From: Lama glama
Lineage: Eukaryota
Reading direction: 5' to 3'
Assembly: GCA_028534125.1 (NCBI GenBank)
Contig: CM052817.1
Location: 75,270,001-75,334,000, forward strand
Length of the DNA: 64,000 bases
A program made the position numbers and the translations under genes. Position 1 is the first letter of the stretch. The number at the start of each line of letters is the position of its first letter. Below, piece after piece: positions 1 to 14,445 of the stretch. Below the pieces are notes generated by a model. That model saw only the letters and a list, made by a program, of their open reading frames with translations. It ran no database searches and was not told where the DNA came from.

Positions 1-960
1 TATAGGCTTTCATTTATTGATTATAGGTTAATTTATGTGTAGAAATATTCAACTTTAATGTAATATCATACCTATTTTTTCAGCCTTATATATTTAAAAT
101 TTTATATCTTGTTATTTGACTTTTATTACCTTCATGTCATTTTAATATGAAGACATTTTAGTTAATAAATCTAACAATCTTTTCTTTCATGGTTGTTTCT
201 TTTGCTCTTGTAACATAGATCACACATTCATCTTATAGTTCATCTGTAAACCAAGATCAGATATTCACTTGTAATTTCTTATGATTTTTCCTTGCCAAAA
301 ATTCTAACTCATCCACTCCTTTTCATTTCTGTTACCTCCTCTAGCCAGTTTTCCAAAATGAGATCATGGTGAGATTGCTCTCTTATAAATCCTGTCTCCT
401 ATAAAAATTTTATAATATTTAGTTGCCTTTTCCCCTCCCTCAGATTAGGAGGCAGCCACCACACAAGGTTTGTTCGCCATTGTCTAGCACCTAATTCAGT
501 GCCTGGCAGAGAGTGGATCGATAAATAGGTTTTGAATAAACGTAAGAGTTGACATTAATACATTAATCTGGATTCAGTCAGTTTCTTTTTTCTTTTTTTC
601 AGTTAAGTTTCTTGAAATTAATTCTTTAACAATTTAAATTTTTCTACAATTGGTATTGATCAATTCATTTTCACTCAATTTTGAGTCTGTTTAAAATTTT
701 TTTGGAAAATACACTTTTTCATTTCAAAGTTATTACAGAATTATGTATATTATTTCCTTTTTGTTTATTTCTGTGGCAGGGCAAATTTTTAATTGTGATA
801 ATTTTGTGTCTAATTAATTTATTGTTTGTGTTATCTACAGTATATTTTGTACTTGACTCCTGGATTAATTGGTTTCAAAGCATCTATAATTTCTGGTCAT
901 CAAAATGGATGAAGTAGTATGAAGTAAATGTTGATTTGATGCTTGTGTTGAACGATCTCT
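1..960 (-). mobile_element. Highly decayed old L1 (L1M-type) fragments, interrupted by an L2 3' end at about 400-545
   Basis: T-rich sequence resembling antisense L1 ORF2 (e.g. ttttctttcatggttgtttcttttgct). The L2-end-like tract ctagcacctaattcagtgcctggcagagagtggatcgataaataggttttgaataaa lies at about 484-540. Confidence 0.45.
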
Positions 961-2900
961 ACTTTAGCATCTTAACTGATATAATTAGCCAAAATAGTTT
1001 TATTATCTCAAAATGTGCAATGGATATTATTTTCTATAAAATTAAATTCAGTATAGGCATAGATAAGGAAGCATTTAATTGAGTCAGTAGCAGATGGTAT
1101 ATGAATACAGTTTTCCTTAGCAACAGTACATCAAGATTTCATATCCTTTTTTACACTGGTTTTAAATATATAATTATCAAAAGAAAACTCATCAATATTG
1201 GTCCCAATCTATCTTATCTGGGGAACAAAATGTTGACTTCCCCTAGATAACTTCTGGCAAATTTTATCATATATTTTATGTTTCAAGTTCCTGATGCACT
1301 AGTTTTACTACCTTGGGGTTGGTTGACAGTGTTAATTTTTATTTCAGCATCAATTGTACTTCCCTCTTTTTTTTTCTGTTTTGCCAAATTTATTGATTCT
1401 CTTCTATACTGATTGGGGGTCTTATTTATTCCTTTGCCATTTTATAAGGTTTTGTTATAACAGAAGAAAATTTCACAGAAAACTCTTCCCTAAACTCTCC
1501 AGTCTCTTTGTTATGAATTATACTGAGATCATAACCACTTTCAGTTAGTGTAAGTGTTCTGCATAAACTTGCAGATTTTGTATTTCTATTTATTTGAATT
1601 ATGAATGCAACAGAATCAGAAATCAAAACTCAGTTATTGCTCAGTAGCCTAACATATTTGGTAGTATCAAATCATTTGGGTAGTTTTTGTTGTATCAGAT
1701 ATATTCACTTAAAATTGCTTTGATGTGTAATCCCAAGTACACACAAGCAAATTCTCTTAGAAATTCTCAGTACAAATGATGTGATGAGCTATATTTCTGT
1801 AGGCATTTTCCATAAACACCAGTATTGGCATTTTTTAATGTTACATACCTGGACAAAGGCCATTTTTCTTACTTAAAGCAATGATATCACTTTGTAAATT
1901 GTTTCTGTAACTGAATGATTGCTTGTTCTGACCCTGGCTGTAACAAAGACCTGGGTTCATTAGCTTGGATAACTGCCCAGCATTACAAAGAATGCTGAAT
2001 CTCCTCGTCTTGCCTTTTTATATCAGTAAAGTCTTCACTGTTTTGCCTTTAACGATTTTTATGATATCATATTTAAGCTCTCTTTTTCTATAACTCATTA
2101 GAAATATTTCTGTTTCTCAGGGAACCCTGAGGTCACATAGTATTGATGTAAAACCAGGGAATCTATTAACACTAGAGAAGGTTAGTGTGAAATCTTAGAA
2201 AACGGCAGTACAAAGCAGTTACTAAGCATGTTTCCCAGCTTCATAGAAACCACTAACGTCTCTGTAACAAAATAGCTCTTTGAGGTCTGAAAGTCAGGAT
2301 TAAAAAAATGTGGTACAATGGAATGAAAACAGTTACAAGACATTTTTCCCTTAGATCAAATGATAGCTGGTAGGCCACAGGTAGAATATCCCAGGACATG
2401 CATTCATAAATGGAGATTCTGGAGAGTCACTTCCTTGAATAGATCTATGAAGTGTGGAGAGGAAAGGTGTCATTCTCCTTGACTTACAAGAGGTTGAAAG
2501 TTAGCAAATCAGATAGACTGAAGCGTCTCTAACCTGAAAGCTAGAGTACCTAGCCAACATTAGGAGGAGAAAAGCTTCCTCTTAGTTTCTGGACAAAGGA
2601 AGTGACAAATTCCCAGCTGCTGTAGCTCTAGCCCACAGAGAGTGAGATCTAATAATCCCCACTCCTCTGGGGGTCCACTGAAGCCACTACATGAAGCCAT
2701 GATCCAAGGAGTAGTCTAAAACCTCTGACAGTGTACCTAATGTGTTCTAACTGCCAGGAAAAAGAAAAAGAAAAAAGAAAAACAAATTGAACATACCAAA
2801 CAGACAAGTCATAGTAAGGAAGAATTTTCGGAAGAGAGAAGTGGCAATTTGAACAACAACGAGAGGAAGAGAGAGACATACAGGGGGATGGATATTAGGG

Positions 2901-3510
2901 TGTAAAATTAAAAAAAGAAATCCAAACTTAGTAAAGAGAAACTATTTAAAAGGATATTGCAAGAAGAGCAAAGTTACTACTGCAATTAGGGAGGGGCCCT
3001 ATTGAAATGGGGAGAACATTCTGATCATAAGATTAGCAAGTGTCTCAAGGATTTTCTTCTACACAGAGAACTGAACAAGGTGAAAAAGAACCAGGTGTGG
3101 GCAAGTGGGATGAACAGAAGTGGCATAACTGGACAGTAGATCCAAGAATGTTTTACCTGAAGGCCAGCCTATTCTCAGGGGAGGCTGAGGAGGGTTGGGA
3201 TGCTGGTTCAGGCTGAGGGTGGGTGAAAGTATAAGGGACCTTCAGGAAGGAGAGAAAATTAACCAAAGTTTGGTTAGCAAGCATGTTGTTACAACTGATC
3301 AATTAATGAGACAAAGGATGGTAATTTGAAGCATCCATTTCTGGTCTTGTTAAAAGTACACAGGGAGGTGTCCCTGAGTTTCATGTAAGTCATACGGGGA
3401 TGGATGGTTCTTTGCAGTAAGTCCTTTGTTAGGACACGCAGGCTGAGGGGATTTCTTAATCTTTACTGCTTTCCAGGAGTAGAGGCCTCAAGTAAGGTTC
3501 AATATTGTCA
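2901..3510 (-). mobile_element. Solo ERV1-class LTR, MER67-like
   Basis: TG...CA termini. The reverse complement starts tgacaatattgaaccttacttgaggcctctactcctggaaagcagtaaagattaagaaatcccc, matching my recollection of the MER67 5' end. No clean TSD. Confidence 0.7.
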
Positions 3511-3559
3511 TGAAGTGTTTTTAAAGCACAAAACAGTTTGTGGAACTTAAATTTTTTTG

Positions 3560-5400
3560 AACTGTAAGCAATCAAGAGATTGAAAAAATTTTCACTATAG
3601 GATGGATAAATCCCTATCTGGAAGATTAAATGGAAGAAATATCATAAAAATTAGAGTAAAATTCCATAAAGTTAAAAATCATGAAAAAAGAGACAAAATA
3701 ATTAAAGTCGGATAATGACAACTAATGTAAAAATAATTTACAGAGTTAGGAAGAGTCTTTTAAAATGAAATTAAGGAGAGATAAACATAAAACACACTAC
3801 AAATTTTAAAACCTTTTGAAGTGAAATTCTGCTGTTTTAAGTTTTTTTTCCCCAAGTTCAAGGCAAGACTGGAAAGAACAAAGACACATACAAAAACACA
3901 CAAGCATATGTTGGTAAACATTTCAATTCCATGGATAAACAAAATCTGACAAACTTCCAATTAGAGAAAATAAATGAAAAAAATGAAAAAAAAGAGAAAA
4001 TAAATGATTTGTAAAAGTAGAAATAATAAGACTGATATGAGGTTTTTTATGTGCAAAACTGGAAGCTAGAAGAATGTGAATCACATCTACATAATAACAA
4101 AAAATAAGCCTGGAATTCAATATTCTTATTTGCAACTAAGAAATACATGATGCATCAATCAGGGTGATAGAAAGATATTTCCAAAGTTTAGGGGTCCAGA
4201 GATTGTTATCACTTATGTCCTATATGTGAAGAAAATATTTCAGAAAAAGACATAAACAAAACAGTGCATTAACCCAAACTATAACTGGATATAGGAGAAG
4301 ATGAAGAAGGATTATAGTGAGTGATCAAATTTCTATTCTCTCTCTCTCCGTCTCTGCCTCTCTCCCTCCCTCCCTTCCTGTCTTTCTCTTTCTCTTCTTT
4401 ATCTACCTATGTATGCGTGTTTAAGGAGTGTCTCAGCTTGTAATATTAATGCTGAAGAGAAATTTTGAAGTATAGCACACATACCATAAAGAAGAGCAGA
4501 ATAACAGAAACTGAGTCAAACATGAAAGCTAGGTGGGAGGAAGGTGGGGAGTAAAATCTTTTACAGATCACAGCAGATGTGGTTAAAATTTAGAAGTCAC
4601 ATTAGTCTAATAGTTACTTCTAGTTTGGAGAAGAGAACGGATTTGTGTAATAGAACCACCAGATTACCAGAGGGGAAAGGACAATGAATAGTAATATGCA
4701 TCAAACTGGCATATATATATATTTATAAATTAAAGGTAAATAGGTCATTAAATATCAGATATTGTCCTACTGGGTGGGATAAAATAAATGCTATAAATTG
4801 CTTTAAATGACTTTTAAACCAAGTGCAGAATGAAAGTTAATATAAAGAAATCTGCAGATGCACAGTAGATAAACACATAAAAATAAAGTGGCACTATTAA
4901 CATCAAATAAGTGTGAATTCAAATGATAAGATTATCAATAGGTTGAAGATGGGCATCATGTATTGATAAAAAGCTCAATTTAGGAATTAGATATAACATT
5001 CATAAGTTTACATACATCTCAAAATACCAACTATATAGTCAATACTATCAAACATTTTACATAAAAAAGGAAAATAAAACTTTGAAAAAGGAGGTGTTAG
5101 TAAACATTATTTTAATAGACAGCTTAGACAGATCAAAGTAACTCATGTATTTAACATACAAATTATTACTTATATTATCATATAGCAATTTTTGTTTTTA
5201 TTTTTGAGTGGGGAATATATTTTTTGTATATCCCTGGCACATTCCCAAACACGCTTATTTTTTTTTTAAAGCTTAGTAAATTCTCCATGGTAATTATGCC
5301 CCTAAATATATATTGAAATATAACAAATATATTTATTGTTAGATAGAAGAGATCAACCATAAAGTTCAATTTGCCTAAAAAGCAATGAAAAGGAGAGCAC
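3560..5400 (+). mobile_element. Decayed old L1 (ORF1 through ORF2 endonuclease-region remnants)
   Basis: A-rich sense strand. 4850-5050 resembles the L1 EN region (gtggcactattaacatcaaataag...gggcatcatgtattgataaaaagctcaatt...gatataacattcataag). Confidence 0.55.
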
Positions 5401-5688
5401 ATCTTGTACCTACACTTAAGCCTGATGAAGTCTGAGGAACACTGTCATTGCAAACTTAATTAGATGGTGATTCCAACTTTAGCTGAAGCAAACTAACAAA
5501 GCCCCTGAAACTTGGTATGAAGCTATGCATTTTTTCCCTTTCTGATTGGTAAGGAAGCTTAGGGAGTGAAGAGTGACAGGAAGAGAGACATCACCTCCTC
5601 TGCATCGCACTGTATCTTCCAACAGTTACATTTCCTCATGGTTATACCTTGTGCTTGACTGGCCCATCATGATTCCAGTTTCCCTCTT

Positions 5689-6063
5689 TGTATTACTTTT
5701 TTTGGGCTGTCAACCTGGGCAGCTTAAAACACAGAAATTTATTTTCTCAGAGTCCAAGATGATGGTGTCTTCAGGTGTGGTTTCTCCTGACCCCTCTCTC
5801 CTTGTCTTACAGACGGACGCTTTCTTGCTGTGTCCTCATGTGATCCTTATTCTATGTATGTGCATCTCTAGTGTTTCTCCCTGTGTCCAAATTTCTTCCT
5901 CTTATAAGGACACCAGTCAGATTGGATTGGGGCACCTTACTGGCCTCATCTTAACTGAATCAAAATGTAAAGGCCCTGTCTTCTAAATAATTACATTCTG
6001 ATATACCTGGAGGTTAGGGCTTTAACAAATGACTGTTGAAAGAATTCGATTCAGCCCACAACA
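5689..6063 (-). mobile_element. MaLR LTR (MLT1A/B-like)
   Basis: Starts tgtatt...gggctg, contains gcttaaaacacagaaatttattttctcag and cttataaggacaccagtcagattggatt, ends tcagcccacaaca. Flanks ctctt/ttctt match 4 of 5 as a TSD. Confidence 0.85.
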
Positions 6064-6211
6064 TTCTTCTATTTGGCTTTCAGCCTAGGAGAAACAATGG
6101 TATTTGGTGGCAGTTAATCACCAGTCCTCTTCTGCTAGCTTTTGTGCTCTTTGATGGACTTTGCTTTTGATTTTTAGAAGCATTTCAAAATTATGCTTCA
6201 CTTCATTATCC

Positions 6212-6496
6212 TTTTTAAAATTTTTAAATTTTTAATTTTCATTTTAATTTATTATGTATGTATGTATGTATGTACATATTTATTTTTATCTGAAGTCTAG
6301 TCTGTTACAATGTGTCAGTTGTTGGTGTACAGCACAATGTCCCAGTCATGCATATACATACATATATTAATTTTCATATTCTTTTTCATTAAAGGTTATT
6401 AAAAGATATTGAATATAGTTATATTGTATTATACAGGAGAAATTTCTTTTTTTAATCTCTTTTTATATATAGTGGCTAACATCTGCAAATCTCAAA
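6212..6496 (-). mobile_element. 5'-truncated lineage-specific L1 3'UTR with decayed poly(T)/(TATG)n tail
   Basis: Reverse complement resembles the L1 3'UTR at 33465-33665 (ttacaatgtgtcag..ggtgtacagcacaat..cagtcat; aagatattgaatatagtt; tgcaaatctcaaa). Confidence 0.85.
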
Positions 6497-7012
6497 TAAT
6501 TTTGATACTTTAGGGATAAGATAAGCTACACAGCACCTGGCACTTCATCTCATTTCTTACATAACTCATATATCTGTTGACCACTAGCATGCTTTTATTA
6601 ATACCACTGTCATGATCAAGTCCTCAGACTAGATATATATGCTGCAAACACAAATAAATTGTTTCCCATTTTACAATTTGAATAGCACCATTTCACTGTT
6701 TTCTATGAACCTACCTGAAAATGAAGAGACTAGCCTTAATGGGCTGGCTACTCAGTGTCATTCTTAGCATAGTGATATTTATCATGAAAGCACCATAGTG
6801 ACATAAGGACTATGAATCAAAAACTATTAAAAACTATTAAGATATATTAACATGACAAAATATAGCACTGACACTGGAGGAATCTAATCAAGATTCAGTG
6901 GACTGTGTTTTAATTGTTTCTACACCCTCTAATTCTTATAGTCTTCTTTTACTCTACAAAAGACTTCTGTATTTTCACTGCTCATTAATAAAACAAAGAC
7001 TTAAAAATAAGC

Positions 7013-7472
7013 TGTATTTTTAACAATAATATTATGTAACAAAACACTGAAAGCTAATTAGCTTAAAACAGTAATTATTAGTCTCCTGTATCTGCATTTT
7101 TGCTGAGGGTTGGCTGATCTAGGCTGGGCTTGGCTCCAACCTCCACCTTGGGACCAGATCTGCTTTGTGTATTTTTTTTTTTTTTGATCATTGCTCAGTC
7201 AGGAGTATGTTCTTATTATATGATGGAAGAAGAGAAAGAAGCAAGCTCAATGACACAAGCATATTTCAAGCCTCTGCTTTCATTATGCCTGATGTAACAT
7301 TCTACTGGCCAAAGCAAGCCTTATGATAAGTCCAAAGTCAATAGGCAAAGAAGTACATTCCTCCTCTAGTAGAAAAAAAACAAAAACAAAAACAAACAAC
7401 AAAAAACCCCTGCAAAATCCATCATAAAGGGAGTAAATGGAATGAAAGGGGAATATTTGGGGATATTTTACA
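7013..7472 (-). mobile_element. Old MaLR LTR (MLT1H-K-like)
   Basis: Contains gcttaaaacagtaattatta, ggctgatctaggctgggcttggctcca and actggccaaagcaagccttatgataagtccaaagtcaataggc. Confidence 0.7.
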
Positions 7473-9522
7473 GATGTGACTAAATATTAACAGGTTCTTA
7501 GAGTTCACAGGGAAACATTCAGTATTTAATTCAATCCTCAACATTATTCTCAGAAAATTACAATTAACTTCATATGATCAGTATTATCACTGAAGTCCAA
7601 GGATCTAACTATTCATCTATTTTGCTTTCATGTGCACACTGTAAATACCACGGTTTAAACCATTCACCGAAGTCTCTTCCTCCCCTTTCTATCTTTCATA
7701 TCTCTGCTTGACATTTTAAATAGAATGAGAAGGCTGACCAGCTACCTCCTACTGATTATAAGATAAAGGCTGTTATGCAGGATTAACTGCAGCATGATAG
7801 CTAGATACTAAATTAATCTCCTGTGTTGGTACGGAGTTCATCTTTTATACAAAAGCAAATTTCAGGACATAAATTTTTAGTGCTTCAGAAGCTTGCTTCT
7901 TTACAATCAAGTCTTAAATGATTCTTCAAACATATTTATGAGAGGAAAAATAAATGGTTCATCACTGGAAATAAGCTTATGTCTTGCAGATTACGTTTGT
8001 GCAGAATGCTCAAATTAAATGAGTTTTAATATTCTACCCTTGAAGAGAGGATATACTTATGTGCTCTTTGAAGCTTGGTTTATTGGATTATACTAGGGAT
8101 TTTTAAAAATTTGATTACTTGTTTAGTTTCACTGCACTAGTTGAAAGTAGATGTGTAGGTGGAAAAAAAATTCAGTCTTTCAAGAAACAAAAAATAAAAT
8201 GCCTAGTGTTCATAACATACAGAAGAAACAGTCATGAGTTTTATTTTAGAGTCAACATTTCCAAGATATTGAATGTTGATTAAATAAAACATTATTCAAA
8301 GTAAATTCATATAAATTTGTTATACTCAAACAATAACATCTGTTATCAAGAAAAGATTTTGACACATAATTGAATGTATACTACAAATAAATTAACATTC
8401 AGTGGGTAATGAGCAACAAGCCATGCTGAAGTATCCCTGGTTTTTGTTTTATTCTGGGTTTGACTGTTTTTTGCAAAATTTGCTTTCAGTGCACATCACC
8501 CAGAATGATGCTGCAATATATTTATTGAATAAATGCATTCATTAACAGAGGCAAAAGAGAAAATGAAAGCATTGGAACTTTAAATAGCCACTCTTATCAC
8601 TGTCCTATTCTCTTTTCTACTGAGAGTCTTCCTGTCTTCAGTACGAACCTCAGTTCCCCAAATTTCCCTAGTCTGTAAATTTGTATTATCTTTAAGAGAA
8701 TTCCCTTTTTTTCTTTTGTGGCTGGATATACTCTCTTTAAACCTACTCTGTACTTATACCCTTGGTTCCTTACTTGAGTGTGGAGATCAGAATCAGCTTT
8801 CTCTTTTTCTATTTCCATTAGAAAATAATTACTATCTACTGACTTCTCATTACTCTTTACTAAGCCATTGATTCATTTTAAACTCTGTCACATTTCCCAC
8901 AGCTGTTTTTCTAGATATTTCCATGCTACTGAAGTTTCCAACCTCATGTCCATCGCTACTGGTCAGCAGACTATGTTGCATTATATATGACATGATAAAG
9001 ACCATGAAGTGTAACTTTCTTTCTCTTTCTCTGAAAAATATCAATTTCCTTTTTCAAGTAATCACTGAGGAAAACAGTGTGTATTCTCACCAGGAGTAGC
9101 ATCTCACCCTGCCATCCTGCCATCCTGCCTCTATCTTCTTCAACATCTTTTAGGGGCTTTATCTCTCATTTCTCCTCTCATATCCATTTCCTCTTTCTCC
9201 TGGTACTGTCACCTCTGTCTAGATACATTTCCAAGGAATCCTAAAAAGCAAACATGCCCTTGGTCTTGTTAGAATCTCAAAATACTAGCCTTGTCTTAAG
9301 CTTCACAACATAATTCTTAGTCCAGTAATGCTCATTTATGTGGGAAACAGGTGGGAGCACACACCTTTAGCAAACCTGAGTTTTTACAGACCTTAGATCT
9401 ATGAAACTCAGATAGTCTTTGGTCTTTCAGAGTCTGCCATTCCTAATGTCTTTCTCCAGAAAACACTAAAGACAGGGTACTAAAACGCATTGGGGAGTAT
9501 GGCAGGTTTAGTCTCTGGAAGG

Positions 9523-9775
9523 CTTTTGTTTTTTAATTGAAAAATAGTTGGTTTTGTTGCATTAACTTCTGTCGTACAGCATAGTGATTCATATATATAA
9601 TATATGTATGTATACAAAAAACAAGATATTGAATATAGTTTCCTGTGTATATAGTAGGACCTTGTTGTTTATCTATTTTATTATACAGTAGTTAGTATCT
9701 GCAAATTTTGAACTCTCAATTTATCCCTCCCCACCCTCTTTCCCCTCCCTGGCAACCACTAGTTTGTTTTCTCTC
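9523..9775 (-). mobile_element. 5'-truncated lineage-specific L1 3'UTR
   Basis: Reverse complement matches 33405-33665 (caagatattgaatatagtttcctgtg; tctgcaaattttgaactctcaatttatccctccccaccc). T-rich tail on the left. Confidence 0.85.
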
Positions 9776-10502
9776 TGACAGGAATACTCTAAAATGGCCT
9801 TCATTTTTAACCAAGATGGCTGTGGCTTGGATGAAAAACTAGGCTTGCTTAATCTGGGCATGTCCACAAACATGTAAGTCTACAGAGCTTGTCTTAACAC
9901 AAAACAAGATATCATGGCCCATTATCAAAATTTCCTTATTTTGTTTTCTTAATTTCCTCCACTGCTACAAATGGATGCCTGCTTTTCATGATTCAGAGTG
10001 AGGTTAGATGTGCTTCTCCCTTGCTGGTGAGGGAGACTAAGATGTTGGCAGGGGAGAGGCTGAGACAACACCATCTGTGAGCTAAACACTTACAGAGTGA
10101 CTATTTCTGTCACAACACAAATATATCTTCCTAGGATGTTAGAGTATTTAATGTCACAGAAATCTTTGGTGTTCATAAGCTTGAGGATAAAAATGAGTTC
10201 TTTCTTAGCAAAAGAAAAAACCAAACATAACAAACAAACTGAGCATTAGTCTTAGTATGACAGGTGATAAGCAGATTGCAAATATAATTCTTATTCATAA
10301 CATGCTTGCAAAAGGGACTGCTAAATCATATACAAATGAGAACTGCTTTATATAGTGTGTAATTACTTTATGGGATACATTATCACATCTCATTAGATTG
10401 AATATACAAATAGATATCTAAAAGTTTTTACAGTATTTATTAATGATAGAACACAGGCATGTGAAAGCTGAAATGTCAACTCAAAGTTAATAAGGCTCTG
10501 AG

Positions 10503-10722
10503 TTAGAGTTTGTCCATTTTGGAACTATTGCTCCTTTAAGTGGGATAATTCCTTGTTATGGAATCTGCTCTGGACATTGTAGGATGTTCAGCAGCATGCC
10601 CCTCACTACCCACTAGGTCACTACATGTGATTAGCAATTCTCTAGTTATGACAACCAAAAATATCTCCAGCATTGCCAAATGTCCTGTGGTGTCCATCTC
10701 ATCCCCAGTTGACAATCAGAGC
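10503..10722 (-). mobile_element. MER20 (hAT-Charlie non-autonomous DNA transposon)
   Basis: Diagnostic tracts cattgtaggatgttcagcagcat and gttatgacaaccaaaaatatctccagcattgccaaatgtcc. Length about 220 bp. Confidence 0.85.
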
Positions 10723-12655
10723 TATTAATGAAATGCTAATCTTAAAGGCTGATAACTGCCCTGGTGTTTCCTGGAAATTGTGTATTAACAAGAGGGAGCT
10801 GAACAACAATATTTAAAAATTATTTTGTCCTTTCTCTAGGAGACTGTTAACTAAAGGAGAAATGATAGAAAAATATTTACACTTACATCTTCCTTGCTTT
10901 TGCATGGAGGCACAAACATACACCTTTACACAAATGCATCCCAAATTCTACCAACAAGCCTAAAAGTGCATCAAATTATGATTACTTTTAATGTCTTTAT
11001 TCTTCCTGTTTTGTTCATTAAAACGTATGGGTTATGGTAAATCACTTAATTTAAATTGGTGATGACTGATTATCAAAGGGTAAACTCAGTACATTTAAAA
11101 TATCTTTCCTTGGTCACTCTCTATACCTATTGCCTGAGATCCTCCTCTCCACAAGGCCAAATCCTAATCTGAAACCTGTCATTTTTAACCTTACCTTGTC
11201 TTTAGATCAGCTTATTGTTTTTCTTGTTGCTATTTTCCCCCAGTATCTGGTCTCTTTTGCTAGTGTTTGTAGTTTCCAAATGGATGACAATTTTAAGAAT
11301 GACAGTGGTCCTGAGAAATCAACTGTTCTGCTAAGACAAAACCTATAAAAACAATACTTACTATATTTTAATTTTAGTATTTTTAACCTTCAGATTCACA
11401 ATGTACAAATTCTACTAATTTTAAAGGAATATAAAAGTAAAATTTAGGCTTGCTTTTGAGCAGTTCCAACTAATTATTCTGGTATTTGAAACTTTCTTTT
11501 ATTCACTTGAGAATCATTTCCTGAGTTCTTTACTACATGTACTGTGTGATGTAACATGCTCTGAGATACGTAAACATGCAAAGATAGGCTCTTGCCTTTG
11601 AGGAACTTTTCAGTCAAAAATCATGCCAGATATGATTTAAATAGAATCAGAAACCCTAAAGTGAAAATAGTAAGATGCAATTTAAATATTGGCGCTTTTA
11701 TGTTTGGTTGAGATCATGAACAAAACTTATTAAGAAGAAAAACCTTGAAACAATTCAAGGACAATGTAAGTGATAACTTTATGAAATGCTTAAACATAAT
11801 ATAATCAGACTAAAATTGGTCCTGCTTTTGATGTTTCCCCATTCCGTTCTTTTAGATACTACAACCAGTTCAAACTTTCTAATTCTATTTCCTACCTTTC
11901 AATGCCTTTGCCCTCGAATTCTTAAAATATTCTCACTGCAGCAAAATTAAGAATCCATAATTCTTTGTTTGGCACTCTAAAATCTCTTTCTACTTTTATT
12001 TCCAACTTAATATTCTTAGATTTCATAATTAAGACAATTTTAATTTTTTAAAAAGACAACAAAAACATACATTTTAAACAATTAAGCAGTATTATTAAGG
12101 GTTTGATAAAATACACAGTATTTTGTCTTAAGAGTGTCATTTAAAATCTTTATATGTACTAAGCCTATTACCTGGCTCTTCTGAATATCAAATTTGCTTT
12201 TTATAGATTTATGTCTTGTATGACTCCAAAGAGTTTGCAGTTTTAATGGCAATGCTTAGTGTGAAGTACAACTATTAACAATGCATTTAGGTTCCATGAG
12301 CTGTGACATTATCAGTGTAATTAATGTAAAGGCAAATTTGACATCTTATCAAAGAAGTGTCTCAGAGCATGGATTTTGTGTTAAAAAATGAACTACATAA
12401 GAACCTGAAAACATAGCAATATCAAACAGGATGGAGCAAAATGCACTCAATTTAACATTGTACTAGTCAACTTTCAATTGCTAGATGTACATAGAATTAT
12501 AGCTTTGCTCACGTAAAACATCATATAATGGATTATTAAGTTCTTCAGCAGCATAAATTTTATAGAGAAAAACTGCAGTGAAAATATTACTACAAAATAA
12601 TACTACCTCTGTAATTATAAGGTTAGGAATATAGTAATAGTATATATTAGTAAAG

Positions 12656-13083
12656 TACATTAGTTTGCCTGGGCTGCTGGAACAGAAGCACAATTGGTGG
12701 CTTAAGCAACAGAAATTCATGGTCTCACATTTCGGGAGGTTAGAAGTGAAAAATCAGTGTCAGCAGGCTTCTCCCAAGGGCTGAGGGAAGGATCTGCTCA
12801 GGTCTCTCTCGTTGGTCTGTAGATGACTTCTCTTTATGTCTCCTCACACTGTCTTCATCTAAGCATCCCTGTCTCTACGTACAAAGTTTCCTTTTTTATT
12901 AGGACATCAGGCATCTTGTATTAGAGCCTATCCTAGTGACCCCACTTTAACTTAATTACGTATCCTATTACCTCTAAAATAACTTCACTTTAACTAAATT
13001 ACCTCTAAAAAGAGTCACTTTGGAGGTCCTGAGGATTAGTATTCCAACTATCTTATTTTGGGGAAACGATTCAGTCAGTAACA
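12656..13083 (-). mobile_element. MaLR LTR (MLT1B/C-like)
   Basis: attagtttgcctgggctgc...ggtggcttaagcaacagaaattcatggtctcac...gaggtcctgaggattag...ttcagtcagtaaca. Confidence 0.85.
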
Positions 13084-13834
13084 TAGGGATATTTTTAAAA
13101 AATAACAAGAGTAACATTATTTTTATAGGACTACTTTTTAAAAAATATTCTCAAGCACTCAAGTTTTAAAATAAAAACGTTTCCATTAAAAACTCAAAAA
13201 ATATTTTAAAATAATAAGATATAAAATGGTAATAAAAGGAGAGCACTTTTCAATTTTCTGTATCTTGCTGACTAACTGAAGTTGAACATCACTGCTACTG
13301 AAGTTCAAGAAGAAAACACACGCCTTAGGCTTTCTCCAACATTTATACTTGAAGTAAGTTCTAAATAATTTTCACTACTTACAAGATGTATAGAAAATTC
13401 TTACAACACTTTGAAAAAATAGTATGGTTCAAAAAAAAAATCTCTGAAAATGAGCAACTTTCTGATCATTCAGTTCTCTACTTTCCTTTTAAAACTGAGT
13501 TGTGAGAATGTTTAGCTAAATATATGAACGATGGTAGTTTTAATTAATTTATCCCAGCAGGACCAAACAAGAGTTCTTTCATATTTTGAAGAAAATGACA
13601 CTTTTGGTAAAAGCTGAATCCTGATGTAAGGAAGGGTTAGAATGTAAGCTTTTCTAAGCATACATTTCCAAACTACTTTGACCATGAAACATGTCATCTT
13701 TAGAAGTATTACATCTTTAATCTAGGCAACAGATAGTTTGAACCACAGGGAATTGACAATATTTGACATTTTTTGACTTATAAATAGCAATTTCATATGA
13801 CTTAATCTGGTATGGATGGAAAACAGAGAAGTTA

Positions 13835-14445
13835 GCTTATGCTAATGAGGTAAATTTGGTGGGCCCCTAGATAATTTATTCTAACACAATGACTAAAGGT
13901 GGAGGCTGGCCAGGTCAGAAAGATTTACCATGTTAGAAGGTTGGGGTTTTGAGCCATGTGATATTTGTTCAATTTCCTCTGTGGGGAGAGGGCTGAAGAT
14001 TGAATTCAACCAGATGGCAAAAATTTAGTCAATCATATCTAAATAAAAGGTGAGCTTTCCTAGTCAGTGGTGCTCTCTGAGAATCATTACATTTGGATAT
14101 TGGAAAGATATCATATTCATAAAGATGATGGAGGTTTCATATTTCGAGTGCTCCAGTCTTTACCCTATGTTTCTGTGTCTTTGGCTAAGAGTAATTTGTA
14201 CCATTTGCTATAATAAAACTGTAATTGTAAGTACATGTATAGTGTTTTTTCTGAGAACTTTGAGTCATTCTAGGGATTATCCTATCTGATGGACTCTGTG
14301 GAGAGTCATAAATTTGCAGTCAACTTGTCAGAAGTAGGGGTAGCCTTGGGAACCCTTGAACTTGTGACAGGTATCAGAAGTCTTGTACAGACTTGGCAGT
14401 CTGGAAGACGGTGCCTTCTAACTTCTAGTTACGCTTAACTCCATA
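13835..14445 (+). mobile_element. MER21-like ERVL-class LTR (5'-incomplete)
   Basis: ttatgctaatgagg...gggcccctagata...ggggagagggctgaagattgaattcaacc...tgctataataaaactgtaattgtaagta...ttctgagaactttgagtcattctag. Confidence 0.75.

Noticed and set aside
5573..5986. 137-aa ORF with hydrophobic stretches
   Set aside because: Mostly the antisense strand of an MLT1 LTR. The peptide is typical repeat-derived translation.
13281..13352. Plus-strand 72-nt open segment (LNITATEVQEENTRLRLSPTFILE) before GTAAGT
   Set aside because: Poor acceptor (ctaactgaag) and no homology recognised. Likely chance.
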